A stretch of DNA of 38,501 bases, taken from the NCBI GenBank assembly GCA_030630445.1, contig DAOVNC010000001.1, positions 1 to 38,501 of the forward strand. Direction: 5' to 3'. Each line of letters opens with the position of its first letter. Position 1 is the first letter of the stretch. Made by a program: the position numbers and the translations under genes. The notes beneath the pieces were generated by a model. The model saw only the letters and a program-made list of their open reading frames with translations. It was not told the origin of the DNA and ran no database searches. Shown here one piece after another: positions 9,100-17,752 of the stretch. This DNA comes from Kiritimatiellales bacterium. Lineage in GTDB: Bacteria; Verrucomicrobiota; Kiritimatiellia; Kiritimatiellales; Pontiellaceae.

Positions 9100-10908
9100 A
9101 TGTCGCGCATGAAAAACGATGACAACACTCCGTCCCGCTCCGTTGAAATCTATAAACGGTTATTCCCTTTTGTGCGCCCCTACCGCATGCGGTTGGTAGT
9201 GGGCATTGTTTGCGGGATTCTTCAAGGTGGAGCCACGTTTGGGATGCTGGTGGCTTTGCGCTGGGCATTGGGCGGTATTTCCGGCGATGATTTGAGCCTG
9301 TCCGGCCTGCCTGCGCTCGATGAACCGGAAGGCAGTACGGGGGGGATCGGCTTGAATCGCCTGTTGCTTGCCGTTTCGATCCTACCCCTGTTTACCATCC
9401 TTCAAGGCATTCTGTTCTTTGCGGGGAAATATTTCGTTGAATGGGTGGGCAATCGGGTGATTACCGATTTGCGCAGCCATCTTTTCGAGCATATCCATGC
9501 CCTGCCGATGCAGTTTTTCTCCAAAAACCGGGTGGGTGAATTGATTTCACGCATTACGAGCGATACCGGATTGCTGACCCAGTTGGTTTCGAATGTAATC
9601 GGGGACATAATCCGGGAGCCGTTCACGTTGATCGGCTGCATTGCCGCCTTGATCTATTTGGATTGGCATCTGTCGATTGTTGCGTTGGTGGTCTTTCCAA
9701 TTTGCATCCTCCCCGTGGCGTTGCTTGGCCGCAAGGTGCGAAAGGCCTCCAAGGTGGGTCAGGAGAGTCTGGGCGATATGCTTTCCGTGGTGCAGGAGTC
9801 CATTGGCGGCGCGCTGGTGGTGAAGGCCTTCCAGATGGAGAAGGAGGAGACCCGTCGCTTTAATATTTTCAACACCAAGGTATTCAAGATGGTGATGCGC
9901 CAGTCGCGCGCGCGGTCTCTGAACGAGCCGATCATGGTCTTTTTTTCCTCTATTGGTCTTTCCGGCGTGGTGGTCTATGCCTATCTAAACGATCTTTCGC
10001 TTGCCCTGCTGTTTTCCTTTGGAGCGGCCATGGTGACGATGTACAAACCAGCCAAGAAGCTGAGTCAAATCCATTTGCGGATCCAACGGGCTACTCCGGG
10101 TGCCGAACGCATCTTTGAGATTCTGGATGTCGTCAATACGATTGATGACGCTCCCGATGCCGTGCCGTTCACGGGTCAGGTTCAATCGGTTGACTTTAAG
10201 GACGTTTCTTTCGCCTACGATGAAAAGAAAATTCTCGATGGGATTAATTTACAGACCCAGGCCGGGCAGTGTATCGCTTTTGTCGGATCTTCCGGTGCGG
10301 GGAAAACAACGATTGTGAATCTGATTCCGCGCTTCTTCGATGTAACAGAAGGGTGCATCAAGTTGAACGGGCGCGATATCAGGGCGTATACGGTACATTC
10401 GTTGCGCGAGCAGATTGGAATCGTGACGCAGGAGACGGTGCTGTTCAACCGCAGTGTGGCGGACAATATTTCCTACGGTTCCCGGGATGCCACCCCTGAG
10501 CAGATCGAGGATGCCGCCCGCCGCGCCAACGCACATGCATTTATTCAAGAACTGGAAAACGGTTACGATACAGTGATTGGAGAGCGTGGCTCGTTGCTTT
10601 CCGGTGGAATGGCGCAGCGGGTCGCCATTGCCCGCGCGTTGCTCAAAAACCCGCCGATCCTGATTCTTGATGAGGCGACCAGCGCACTCGATACCGAGTC
10701 GGAGCGGTTGGTTCAGGGCGCGCTCGACGAACTAATGAAAGACCGTACGGTATTTATGATTGCCCACCGCCTATCCACCATTGCACATGCCGATTTAATC
10801 GTGGTGCTTGAGCAAGGGAAGATTGTAGAGCAGGGTACGCACGAGGAACTGCTTGAAAAAGGCGGGAAGTATAAATACTTCTACGATATCCAGTTCACTA
10901 ACACTTAG
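9100..10908 (+). CDS. msbA: Lipid A-core flippase-like ABC exporter (permease plus ATPase)
   Basis: TM domain followed by Walker A GSSGAGKT, signature LSGGMAQR and Walker B ILILDEATSALD; lies in LPS context. Start placed after AGGGAG RBS (9100, or 9109). Confidence 0.85.
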   Translation: MSRMKNDDNTPSRSVEIYKRLFPFVRPYRMRLVVGIVCGILQGGATFGMLVALRWALGGISGDDLSLSGLPALDEPEGSTGGIGLNRLLLAVSILPLFTILQGILFFAGKYFVEWVGNRVITDLRSHLFEHIHALPMQFFSKNRVGELISRITSDTGLLTQLVSNVIGDIIREPFTLIGCIAALIYLDWHLSIVALVVFPICILPVALLGRKVRKASKVGQESLGDMLSVVQESIGGALVVKAFQMEKEETRRFNIFNTKVFKMVMRQSRARSLNEPIMVFFSSIGLSGVVVYAYLNDLSLALLFSFGAAMVTMYKPAKKLSQIHLRIQRATPGAERIFEILDVVNTIDDAPDAVPFTGQVQSVDFKDVSFAYDEKKILDGINLQTQAGQCIAFVGSSGAGKTTIVNLIPRFFDVTEGCIKLNGRDIRAYTVHSLREQIGIVTQETVLFNRSVADNISYGSRDATPEQIEDAARRANAHAFIQELENGYDTVIGERGSLLSGGMAQRVAIARALLKNPPILILDEATSALDTESERLVQGALDELMKDRTVFMIAHRLSTIAHADLIVVLEQGKIVEQGTHEELLEKGGKYKYFYDIQFTNT

Positions 10909-11849
10909 TAAATATCCTGAACGCCCTGCTTGAGAATCGATCCCAGATCGATCTTTGTATCGGCATCGCCTAGCATTCTATCAAAGACATGGATGGCACC
11001 GCGTGCTTCCAGCCCTTGGATCAATTCCTCGAACTTGTTGGGCGTTGTTAGCTGGCGGTTCATCAGCACCTCCACCTTGGCGGTGCCGAAGCTGGCGCAT
11101 TCGCTAATCATCGACGCCGAGTCGGAGGTGACGAACAGGCGGTCGCAGAGCTGGATGAAGGCAGGGATGGGATTGTACGGATCGCGCGAGTTGATCAATT
11201 TGTAATCAAAGTCAAATCCGTCGATTACGGCTTCGACTTGCTTCGGGGTTCGGCGCGAGGTGGTGACCCAGCGTTCCATCCCTTCGGTCGTTTCGAAAAT
11301 CTGCTCCAGTTGCCGTTGCATCTCGACGGCATCGATTTCGGATACGGCATTCGGCCCGCCGATGATGATGCCGACTGCCGGTTTTGCCGAGGTGTGCTTG
11401 TTATTGAATTCAGCTGTTTTTTCAGCGAAGAAAGTTTCGTCGGCCACGCATAGGTTCAGGGGCAGTTCGGTAATGTTTTTCCGCTTGGGCGGATGGTCGT
11501 AGGCCGGGCAGAAGATGTGGCTAAAATCGAGTCGGTAGCCTTTGGGGTGGAGGATGGCAATATTGGGAATCCCGAGTTTCTTTGCCAACCGCTTGTTGGC
11601 GTAGTAGGTGGTCGAACCGGTGGAGACGATGTAGCTGAAATCTGAAACTTGAAACTTGAAACTTGAATCGGTGTACAGCTTTTCTGTGAAGATGCCGAAA
11701 TGGTCGAGGAGGTAGGAGAGGGCTTTGTGGAATTTGCTTTTGTAGGCGACTTCGAGGATTTCGTATTCCAGCCCCAGAGGTTTGCAGAGGGCAATGGATT
11801 GGTTGAAATGGCCGGGTTTGCCGTCGCTGATGATAAGTGCGTGCTTCAT
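10905..11849 (-). CDS. ELM1/GtrOC1-family putative glycosyltransferase
   Basis: 'SDGKPGH.NQS', 'P.YD', 'IIGG', 'TTSRRTP', 'NPIP' and 'VTSDSASMISE' motifs; start overlaps the lpxL stop (ATGA). Confidence 0.85.
   Translation of the reverse strand: MKHALIISDGKPGHFNQSIALCKPLGLEYEILEVAYKSKFHKALSYLLDHFGIFTEKLYTDSSFKFQVSDFSYIVSTGSTTYYANKRLAKKLGIPNIAILHPKGYRLDFSHIFCPAYDHPPKRKNITELPLNLCVADETFFAEKTAEFNNKHTSAKPAVGIIIGGPNAVSEIDAVEMQRQLEQIFETTEGMERWVTTSRRTPKQVEAVIDGFDFDYKLINSRDPYNPIPAFIQLCDRLFVTSDSASMISECASFGTAKVEVLMNRQLTTPNKFEELIQGLEARGAIHVFDRMLGDADTKIDLGSILKQGVQDIY
11635..11669. repeat. Five heptamers (C/T)TGAAA(C/T) inside the ELM1-like coding sequence
   Basis: ctgaaat ctgaaac ttgaaac ttgaaac ttgaatc; encodes DSSFKFQVSDFS. 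Confidence 0.75.
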
Positions 11850-12754
11850 CGTTCTTCCTTTTTCAGACCCCAGCGGTTGTGCATCCAGAACCATTGGTCG
11901 GGGTACTGGCGAACCATCTCTTCGATAATCTGCTGGTGGATACGGGTTAGTTCGTGAACCTGCTCCTCCATGGGTTTTCCGTTATCCGTCCAATGAACAG
12001 GCTCGCCAATGAGCAATCGGTATTTTCGATGCCCGGCTTTAATCATGAAGGCGGGTTGCACCGTGACGCCGAAGCGGATCTGCAGGAGGGCGGGTGATCC
12101 CGTGGTGGGGGCGGGTTTCCCAAAGAAGTCTACATAAATCCCTTCGGGTGGCTTTAGTTTCTGATCGATTAGGAGTCCGCAAAGATCCCCCTTTTTTATG
12201 GCCTTCATAATCCGCATCAAGGCATTTTTCTTATAGAAAACGCTGACGCCAAAGCGTTCCCGCAAAGGGCGGACAATGCGCTCTTCCAAGAGCAGGTTGT
12301 TTCCTTTTCGTGCAATGACATGGACTTGCCTGCCAAGGCGGAGCGCCGCATATTGAGGCATCAGTTCCCAGTTGCCAAGGTGACCCGTGATCGCCAGCAA
12401 GCCCTTTGAGTTGTCCGTATGGGTTCGGTCGAACCGTTCCCAACCATCTGTTTCGACCATGTCCATTAGCCGTTCATTGGAAACCCGGTTAGTCATGATC
12501 AGTATGTTGAGCACCATGGATTCGGAGAGGTTGACATACGATTTTTTAACCAAAACCCTGCGTTCTTTGATCGGCATCTCCGGGAAAGCGATTTCCGTGT
12601 TGCGCAAGGCGAGGTTGCGTCGCCGGCCACTGGCGATGTAGAAGAGCAGGGCAAAACCCTTGAACAAGGCATAGACCGCTTCTTCGGGAAGAATGCGACT
12701 AAAGTTCAGCGTTGCAATCGTTGCTGCATATTCTAGTTTTTCGCGTAGTGCCAT
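11846..12754 (-). CDS. lpxL: Lipid A biosynthesis lauroyl/palmitoleoyl acyltransferase (LpxL/HtrB family)
   Basis: H-x-G-N-W-E, 'LIDQ', 'FFG.PA.T' and 'PDQWFWMHNRW' motifs. Confidence 0.88.
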   Translation of the reverse strand: MALREKLEYAATIATLNFSRILPEEAVYALFKGFALLFYIASGRRRNLALRNTEIAFPEMPIKERRVLVKKSYVNLSESMVLNILIMTNRVSNERLMDMVETDGWERFDRTHTDNSKGLLAITGHLGNWELMPQYAALRLGRQVHVIARKGNNLLLEERIVRPLRERFGVSVFYKKNALMRIMKAIKKGDLCGLLIDQKLKPPEGIYVDFFGKPAPTTGSPALLQIRFGVTVQPAFMIKAGHRKYRLLIGEPVHWTDNGKPMEEQVHELTRIHQQIIEEMVRQYPDQWFWMHNRWGLKKEER

Positions 12755-12885
12755 GGTTTTGATGGGGTTTGTTGGTGCGTATTAAAGCCTGAAATTCCAC
12801 GCAACTGCAACTGGATTGCCTCTTAACTTGAGCTATGGACGATTCAGCACTACATTGTGGGGGAGCTTGCTGCTCCGGTTGATTA

Positions 12886-12969
12886 TTGTTGGTTGTCAGT
12901 TGCTAGGCAGGAATTACCTCGTTTTCCCGTGAGAGGTGTCTTGATCCAACAACCAACAACTGATAACTG
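12886..12969. repeat. Inverted pair of heptamer tracts
   Basis: ttgttgg ttgtcag ttgctag (12886-12906) ... ccaacaa ccaacaa ctgataa ctg (12946-12969). Confidence 0.7.
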
Positions 12970-13000
12970 CCGCGCAATTGCGTGGCCCGGGAGATGGAAT

Positions 13001-14128
13001 TTGCATAAACTAAACAAATATTTGGTTAGGGACTTTCTAACGGTCTTTGCCGTGGCGATGCTGTTGATTACCTTCGCCTTTACCATTGGCGCCATCTATA
13101 AGGTGATCGATATCATGGCGCGGGGAATTTCCATCGGCGTGGTCGGGCGCTTCTTCCTCTATAATATTCCATATTCACTCGCTTACTCGATTCCCATCAG
13201 TTCGCTCTTTTCGACCCTGCTTATTTTTGGACGGCTTTCATCGGACAGCGAAATCAGCGCGATGAAAAGCAGTGGTTTGAGCATGTGGCAGATTGCGTCG
13301 CCCATTGTGCTGATCTCCCTCGTGCTCGTTGGCATCTGCCTCTACAACAACTGTATCGTCTATCCGTCGACCACCTATGCCAACCGAAAGCTGATCAAGG
13401 GCATGGGCGTGGAGGATCCGATTAAGCTCCTTGAGGAAGGACGCTTCATTCGCGAATTCCCCGGCTACATGATCTATGTCGGGAAAAAAAATAAAAACCG
13501 TGTTCGCGATCTGGTCGTCTACGAGGTCGACAAGGATACGGGCAAGGTGACCGGCAGCGTGCGCGCCAGCAGCGGCATCATGACAGCCGACAAGGAAAAG
13601 GCCGAACTGAAGATCGACCTGTTCGACGTGCGCATAGAAATACCCGATCCAGATTTTCCCGATGATTCCACCAAGACCCGCTACGTCAATGCCCGGAACT
13701 ATCCCATTCGGCTGGACTTCAACGAACTGCTTGGAAACAAGAATGTTTCAAAGAAACGCAAAAACATGACGATATTCGAGTTGGCCTATCGTATCCGCAA
13801 TGCGGAAACAGAGAATGCCCAGCTGAGCGAACACGATCGCCGCGTTGAGAATAGTCGGTATCTGGTGGAGGTCAACCAGCGCATATGCCTATCGCTCTCT
13901 CCCTTCATGTTTGTGCTCATTGCCATTCCTCTGGGCATCACCTCGCACCGCAAGGAATCCTCCATCGGGATGGTAATGAGCCTGGGCATCATGTTTATCT
14001 ATTATCTCTTCATCATTCTCTCCGACACCTTCGATAGCAAACTCTACCTCTATCCATGGCTGATTCCCTGGATTCCGATTGTCGGCGGCCAGATAGGTGG
14101 CTTCCTCCTCCTGCGCCGGGCAAACTAA
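13001..14128 (+). CDS. LptF/LptG family LPS export permease
   Basis: 'KYLVRDF', 'FGRLSSDSEISAMKSSG' and 'AIPLG...RK' motifs; 3 TM, periplasmic domain, 3 TM. TTG start at 13001 inferred. Confidence 0.88.
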   Translation: MHKLNKYLVRDFLTVFAVAMLLITFAFTIGAIYKVIDIMARGISIGVVGRFFLYNIPYSLAYSIPISSLFSTLLIFGRLSSDSEISAMKSSGLSMWQIASPIVLISLVLVGICLYNNCIVYPSTTYANRKLIKGMGVEDPIKLLEEGRFIREFPGYMIYVGKKNKNRVRDLVVYEVDKDTGKVTGSVRASSGIMTADKEKAELKIDLFDVRIEIPDPDFPDDSTKTRYVNARNYPIRLDFNELLGNKNVSKKRKNMTIFELAYRIRNAETENAQLSEHDRRVENSRYLVEVNQRICLSLSPFMFVLIAIPLGITSHRKESSIGMVMSLGIMFIYYLFIILSDTFDSKLYLYPWLIPWIPIVGGQIGGFLLLRRAN

Positions 14129-14153
14129 TACGCAATTAAGCTGAACAGTATCC

Positions 14154-14375
14154 TAACCACGGAATACATAGCGCGGCAAAGCCGTCCCGTGACCCCGTTG
14201 GCACGTGGAACGTGACTCACGGTGGCAACCGAAACCGGATCAAATAGGCAGAATAATTTGAACCGCTTCGCTATTTGCTTTGCAAATTATCAATCGTGTT
14301 GCTCATGGGTGGCAGAATAATTTACCCAGTCCTGTCGATCGGAAAAATTATTCTGCCACCCAATTATTCTGCCTA
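14154..14375. repeat. Composite inverted-repeat element (GGCAGAATAATT x2 forward, x2 reverse)
   Basis: Perfect IRs: gggtggcagaataattt 14307-14323 / 14345-14361, and taggcagaataatt 14245-14258 / 14362-14375. Begins with taaccacgga, as does the 9025 repeat. Confidence 0.75.
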
Positions 14376-14463
14376 ACCTGTTTGAATGAAGAGCTCTCCA
14401 GAAATGGGTTTCTGAAAACGTGCATAAAAACCCTCGCGCGCATGAGATTGCACCCTGCAAGGC

Positions 14464-14492
14464 TTGCCATCCTTCGAGGCTCCAAGTATGTT
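14464..14492 (+). promoter_or_regulatory. Sigma70-type promoter of SRP RNA
   Basis: TTGCCA-N17-TATGTT, placing +1 at about 14499-14500, the predicted RNA 5' end. Confidence 0.55.
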
Positions 14493-14499
14493 CTTCCCC

Positions 14500-14765
14500 G
14501 CTGTGCTAGACGGGGGTTCAGCGGGCCCTTGTAACCTGCAATCCGCTACAGCAGGGTTAAATTCCCCTACGAGGCAGGAGGACGGCGGTAATCTTTGGTG
14601 GAACGTGTTGAAGCAACGGCTTTCGGATGACGAATACGGGCGAACCCCGTCAGGGTCGGAAGGCAGCAGCGGTACACTTTGTTTTTCGGGTGTCCGATGG
14701 TTCGGAGTGGAGCGCAAAGCTAGAATCTTTACCGTTCGGCTGAATATCGAATAGGGGTGCACAGC
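14500..14765 (+). ncRNA. ffs: Large (Alu-domain-containing) bacterial SRP RNA
   Basis: Helix-8 motif GTCAGGGTCGGAAGGCAGCAGC at ~14649-14670. The 5' Alu-like segment GCTGTGCTAGACGGGGG..AGCGG..CCTTGTAACCTGCAATCCGCT..AGCAGGG resembles Bacillus scRNA. Ends GCTGTGC/GCACAGC pair. Lies upstream of dnaX. Confidence 0.92.
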
Positions 14766-14766
14766 A

Positions 14767-14790
14767 CCTTTTCCAATGGATTGGAAAAGG
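14767..14790. repeat. Perfect palindrome directly after SRP RNA (possible terminator or dispersed palindrome)
   Basis: ccttttccaat-gg-attggaaaagg, 11-bp arms. Confidence 0.55.
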
Positions 14791-14826
14791 AAATTCTAAA
14801 AACGAATATCGAAATTCTAATTTTAT

Positions 14827-16467
14827 ATGGCATACGAAGTATTAGCACGAAAATGGCGACCGCAGCAGTTCTCTGATGTGGTCGGACAGGAGCACGTCAC
14901 CCGGACGCTGACGAACGCGATCGAGAGCGGACGCGTGGCGCATGCCTACATTTTCATTGGCTCGCGCGGTATCGGGAAGACCACCTCCGCCCGCATCCTC
15001 GCCAAGGCGCTTAATTGTGAAAAAGGGCCGACCCCTTTTCCGTGCGATGAGTGCGACTCATGCAAAGAGGTCATGATCGGCAACAGCCTCGACGTGATCG
15101 AAATCGACGGCGCGTCCAACAATGGCGTCGACCAAGTCCGGGATCTGCGCGACAACGCCCGCTACACCCCTGCACGCGGCCCGTTCAAGATCTATATCAT
15201 CGACGAAGTACACATGCTCTCCACCGCCGCGTTCAACGCGCTGCTCAAAACGCTCGAAGAGCCACCTCCGCACGTTAAGTTCATCTTTGCCACCACCGAC
15301 GTCCACAAGGTTTTGCCGACCATTCTGTCGCGTTGCCAGCGTTTCGACCTTCGCCGTATTTCGGTGCAGGACATTGTCGACCGGCTGCGCAAGGGTTGCG
15401 ATGAAGAGGGTGTATCCATTTCCGAGGATGCATTGCTGGCGATCGCCCGCGGTGCCGAGGGTGGCCTGCGCGATGCCGAGTCTGCACTCGACCAGATTAT
15501 CTCTTTCCGGGGCAAGGAAATCGAGGAGGAGGATGTCCTCTCCGTGTTCGGCCTTGTTTCCCGCCATGTGCTCGAGAACCTGACGGGTGCGATCCTGAAA
15601 TCGGATGTGCCGGGCATCATCAATATTGTCGCGGAGATGGATGGCGCGGGAAAAGATCTTCAACGCGTGGTGATGGAACTGATGGAGCATTTCCGCAACC
15701 TGCTCGTCGTGCTTTATGCCGGTAGAGGTTCTTCGGCATTGGAGCTGCCGGAGGCACAGATGAAATTCTACGAAGGGCATGCTGCCGAAACCGAATCCGG
15801 GCGGGTGCTGCGCATCATCGACGCACTGGTTGAAACCGATGGCCGCATGCGCTATGCGCTTTCCAAGAAGACCCTGCTCGAAACCGGTCTAATCCGGTGT
15901 TCGCGCGCTGCCGAAACCACTACCCTCAACGAGTTGCTCAAACAGGTGGCCGAGCTAAAAAAAAACTTTAAATCCGGCACAGCCCCCGGCGTAGTCGCCG
16001 AAGCATCGACCCGGAACTACTCGGTCGATCCGCAAAAAAAAAAGCCGCCCATTGACGAAGTGAAGTTGCTTTTGAATTGCTGGAACGACGTTATCGATCA
16101 CGTTTCGAAAGCCGACCCGCTCTCCCGCCGCTATTTTCTCGATACCGCACCCCTTCGGGCCGACTCCACGCATTTGGTGGTAGGTTTCGATCCCGAGTTT
16201 GCGAGCGAGAAGGAGCGTTTTGACAATGCAAGAACCAAGCTTGCACTGGCGCGTGTGGTGGAAAAACATATCGGGCGAATGCTCGGCGTTCTGTTCGAGC
16301 CCTCCAAGCCAACGTCCCGCAAGCCGCTTCCGGCCGACCATGTTGTTTCAGCCACGAGCGCCGACCCTGCGCAGGAACCGACCGGGCTTCAGAAATGGTA
16401 TGCGAATCCCGTTGTGAAAACCGTGGTGGAAGCCTTTAACGGCGAAATTTCGGATATCCGTGAATAG
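14827..16467 (+). CDS. dnaX: DNA polymerase III subunit tau/gamma
   Basis: LARKWRPQ.F, GSRGIGKTT, Zn Cys cluster, IEIDGASNNGV, IIDEVHML and SRCQRF motifs. Confidence 0.97.
   Translation: MAYEVLARKWRPQQFSDVVGQEHVTRTLTNAIESGRVAHAYIFIGSRGIGKTTSARILAKALNCEKGPTPFPCDECDSCKEVMIGNSLDVIEIDGASNNGVDQVRDLRDNARYTPARGPFKIYIIDEVHMLSTAAFNALLKTLEEPPPHVKFIFATTDVHKVLPTILSRCQRFDLRRISVQDIVDRLRKGCDEEGVSISEDALLAIARGAEGGLRDAESALDQIISFRGKEIEEEDVLSVFGLVSRHVLENLTGAILKSDVPGIINIVAEMDGAGKDLQRVVMELMEHFRNLLVVLYAGRGSSALELPEAQMKFYEGHAAETESGRVLRIIDALVETDGRMRYALSKKTLLETGLIRCSRAAETTTLNELLKQVAELKKNFKSGTAPGVVAEASTRNYSVDPQKKKPPIDEVKLLLNCWNDVIDHVSKADPLSRRYFLDTAPLRADSTHLVVGFDPEFASEKERFDNARTKLALARVVEKHIGRMLGVLFEPSKPTSRKPLPADHVVSATSADPAQEPTGLQKWYANPVVKTVVEAFNGEISDIRE
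15957..15971 (+). promoter_or_regulatory. Candidate slippage/frameshift site 1 in dnaX (A9; A_AAA_AAC) with immediate -1 frame TAA
   Basis: cta aaa aaa aac ttt aaa; the -1 frame reads aaa ctt TAA (15969-15971). Confidence 0.55.
16034..16055 (+). promoter_or_regulatory. Candidate slippage/frameshift site 2 in dnaX (A10G; A_AAA_AAG) with -1 frame TGA
   Basis: caa aaa aaa aag ccg ccc att gac; the -1 frame reads aaa gcc gcc cat TGA (16053-16055). Confidence 0.6.
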
Positions 16468-16514
16468 CACCAAGCACCAAGAACCAAGCACTAAGAACCA
16501 AGCACCAAGAACCA
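16466..16514. repeat. Seven tandem heptamers AG(C/A)AC(C/T)A
   Basis: agcacca agcacca agaacca agcacta agaacca agcacca agaacca fills most of the dnaX-ybaB spacer. Confidence 0.9.
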
Positions 16515-16527
16515 AGGACGACACAAT

Positions 16528-16830
16528 ATGAACATGATGAAAATGATGAAGCAGGCCGCCGACCTCCAGAAAAATATGAAGAAAAAGCAGAAGGAACTGG
16601 CCAAGACGGAAGTGCGGTTTTCCGCCGGCGGCGGAATGGTGACGGCCGTCGCCACCTGCGACATGAAAATCAAGAGCATCAAAATCAATCCGGATGCGGT
16701 CGATCCCTCCGATGTTGAAATGCTGGAAGATCTCGTGCTGGCCGCTGTTGACGGTGTGCTCGGTTCGGCTCAGGAAACCATGAGCAAGGAAATGGGCCAG
16801 CTGACCGGCGGAATGGACATGCCCTTTTAA
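16528..16830 (+). CDS. ybaB: YbaB/EbfC family nucleoid-associated protein
   Basis: 'MMKQA..LQ', 'AGGGMV' and 'D.EMLEDLV.AA' motifs; lies between dnaX and recR. Confidence 0.93.
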   Translation: MNMMKMMKQAADLQKNMKKKQKELAKTEVRFSAGGGMVTAVATCDMKIKSIKINPDAVDPSDVEMLEDLVLAAVDGVLGSAQETMSKEMGQLTGGMDMPF

Positions 16831-16837
16831 AAGGGGA

Positions 16838-16951
16838 ATATCGAAGCGCTAATTTCTAAATTCTAAACAAAACCCAAAACGTGGAAGTTTCGAATTTACC
16901 AAATTGGCAATTTTAAATTGTTTAGGATTTAGGGATTAGAATTTAGGATTT
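16838..16951. repeat. Inverted pair of AT-rich heptamer tracts
   Basis: aatatcg aagcgct aatttct aaattct aaacaa ... ttgttt aggattt agggatt agaattt aggattt; a related half-tract (aaattct..aatatcg aaattct) lies at 14791-14820. Confidence 0.75.
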
Positions 16952-16957
16952 CTGCGA

Positions 16958-17563
16958 ATGCAGCATTTGGTTCCACTCGATAATCTCGTCGCGGCATTGA
17001 GCCGCCTTCCGGGTATTGGAAGGCGAACGGCTGAGCGCATGGCGATGAGCTTGGTTCAGGATCAAAAGGGGTTGATGCGCATGTTGGCGAACACCCTGCT
17101 TGAGGCCGACGAGGGCATTGCCTGTTGCGAACGGTGCGGCAGCGTGACGCTTTCATCGGAAAATCCTTGCGAGCTTTGCATCAAGCCACGGCGCGATGCC
17201 CATATCCTTTGCGTGGTGGAGGCGCCTGGCGATATCATGAAGATTGAGCAGTCGGGCGGCTTCCTCGGGCGCTACCATGCCCTCATGGGCAAGCTTTCTC
17301 CGATGCATGGAACGGGTGCGGCCGACTTGCGGGTCGACAAGCTCCTTCGACGCATTTCGGATGAGGGAATCGCAGAGGTTTTGATTGCATTGGGAACCGA
17401 TGTCGAGAGCGATGCCACTTCGAGCTATCTTAACGAGGTTCTTGCTGCCCGGGGCGTCGTTGTTAGCCGCATTGCATTTGGTCTTCCGGCGGGCAGCGCC
17501 ATTGAATATTCCGACGCCTCCACGCTCGCGCACGCCATTGCCGGGCGGCAGAAAATGGGATAG
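16958..17563 (+). CDS. recR: Recombination mediator RecR
   Basis: LPGIG.RTAERMA HhH, C-x2-C...C-x2-C, 'CVVE', 'YHAL.G.LSP' and 'SRIAFGLP.G..IEY.D..TL' motifs. Confidence 0.95.
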   Translation: MQHLVPLDNLVAALSRLPGIGRRTAERMAMSLVQDQKGLMRMLANTLLEADEGIACCERCGSVTLSSENPCELCIKPRRDAHILCVVEAPGDIMKIEQSGGFLGRYHALMGKLSPMHGTGAADLRVDKLLRRISDEGIAEVLIALGTDVESDATSSYLNEVLAARGVVVSRIAFGLPAGSAIEYSDASTLAHAIAGRQKMG

Positions 17564-17630
17564 GGAAACGGGGGTTTCCACCGTTTGGATGTCGAGGGGG
17601 ACTGTGCGGAAGAAAGTTGGTTTCGGGATA

Positions 17631-17658
17631 TTGACTTCCCGGAAGATTCATGTACCTT
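17631..17658 (+). promoter_or_regulatory. Possible sigma70 promoter for tRNA-Asn
   Basis: TTGACT-N16-TACCTT, about 20 nt upstream of the tRNA. Confidence 0.4.
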
Positions 17659-17677
17659 TCCAACTTCTTTCGAGAAT

Positions 17678-17752
17678 TCCTGCGTAGCTCAATGGTAGAG
17701 TAGGTGACTGTTAATCACTTGGTTGTTGGTTCGAGTCCAACCGCAGGAGCCA
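17678..17752 (+). tRNA. tRNA-Asn(GTT)
   Basis: Acceptor stem TCCTGCG/CGCAGGA, D-arm AGCTCAATGGTAGAG, anticodon loop CTGTTAA, GGTTCGAGTCC T-loop, encoded CCA. Confidence 0.97.

Noticed and set aside
14280-14762. ORFs of 84-129 aa upstream of dnaX
   Set aside because: They overlap the SRP RNA and inverted repeats and show no protein features.
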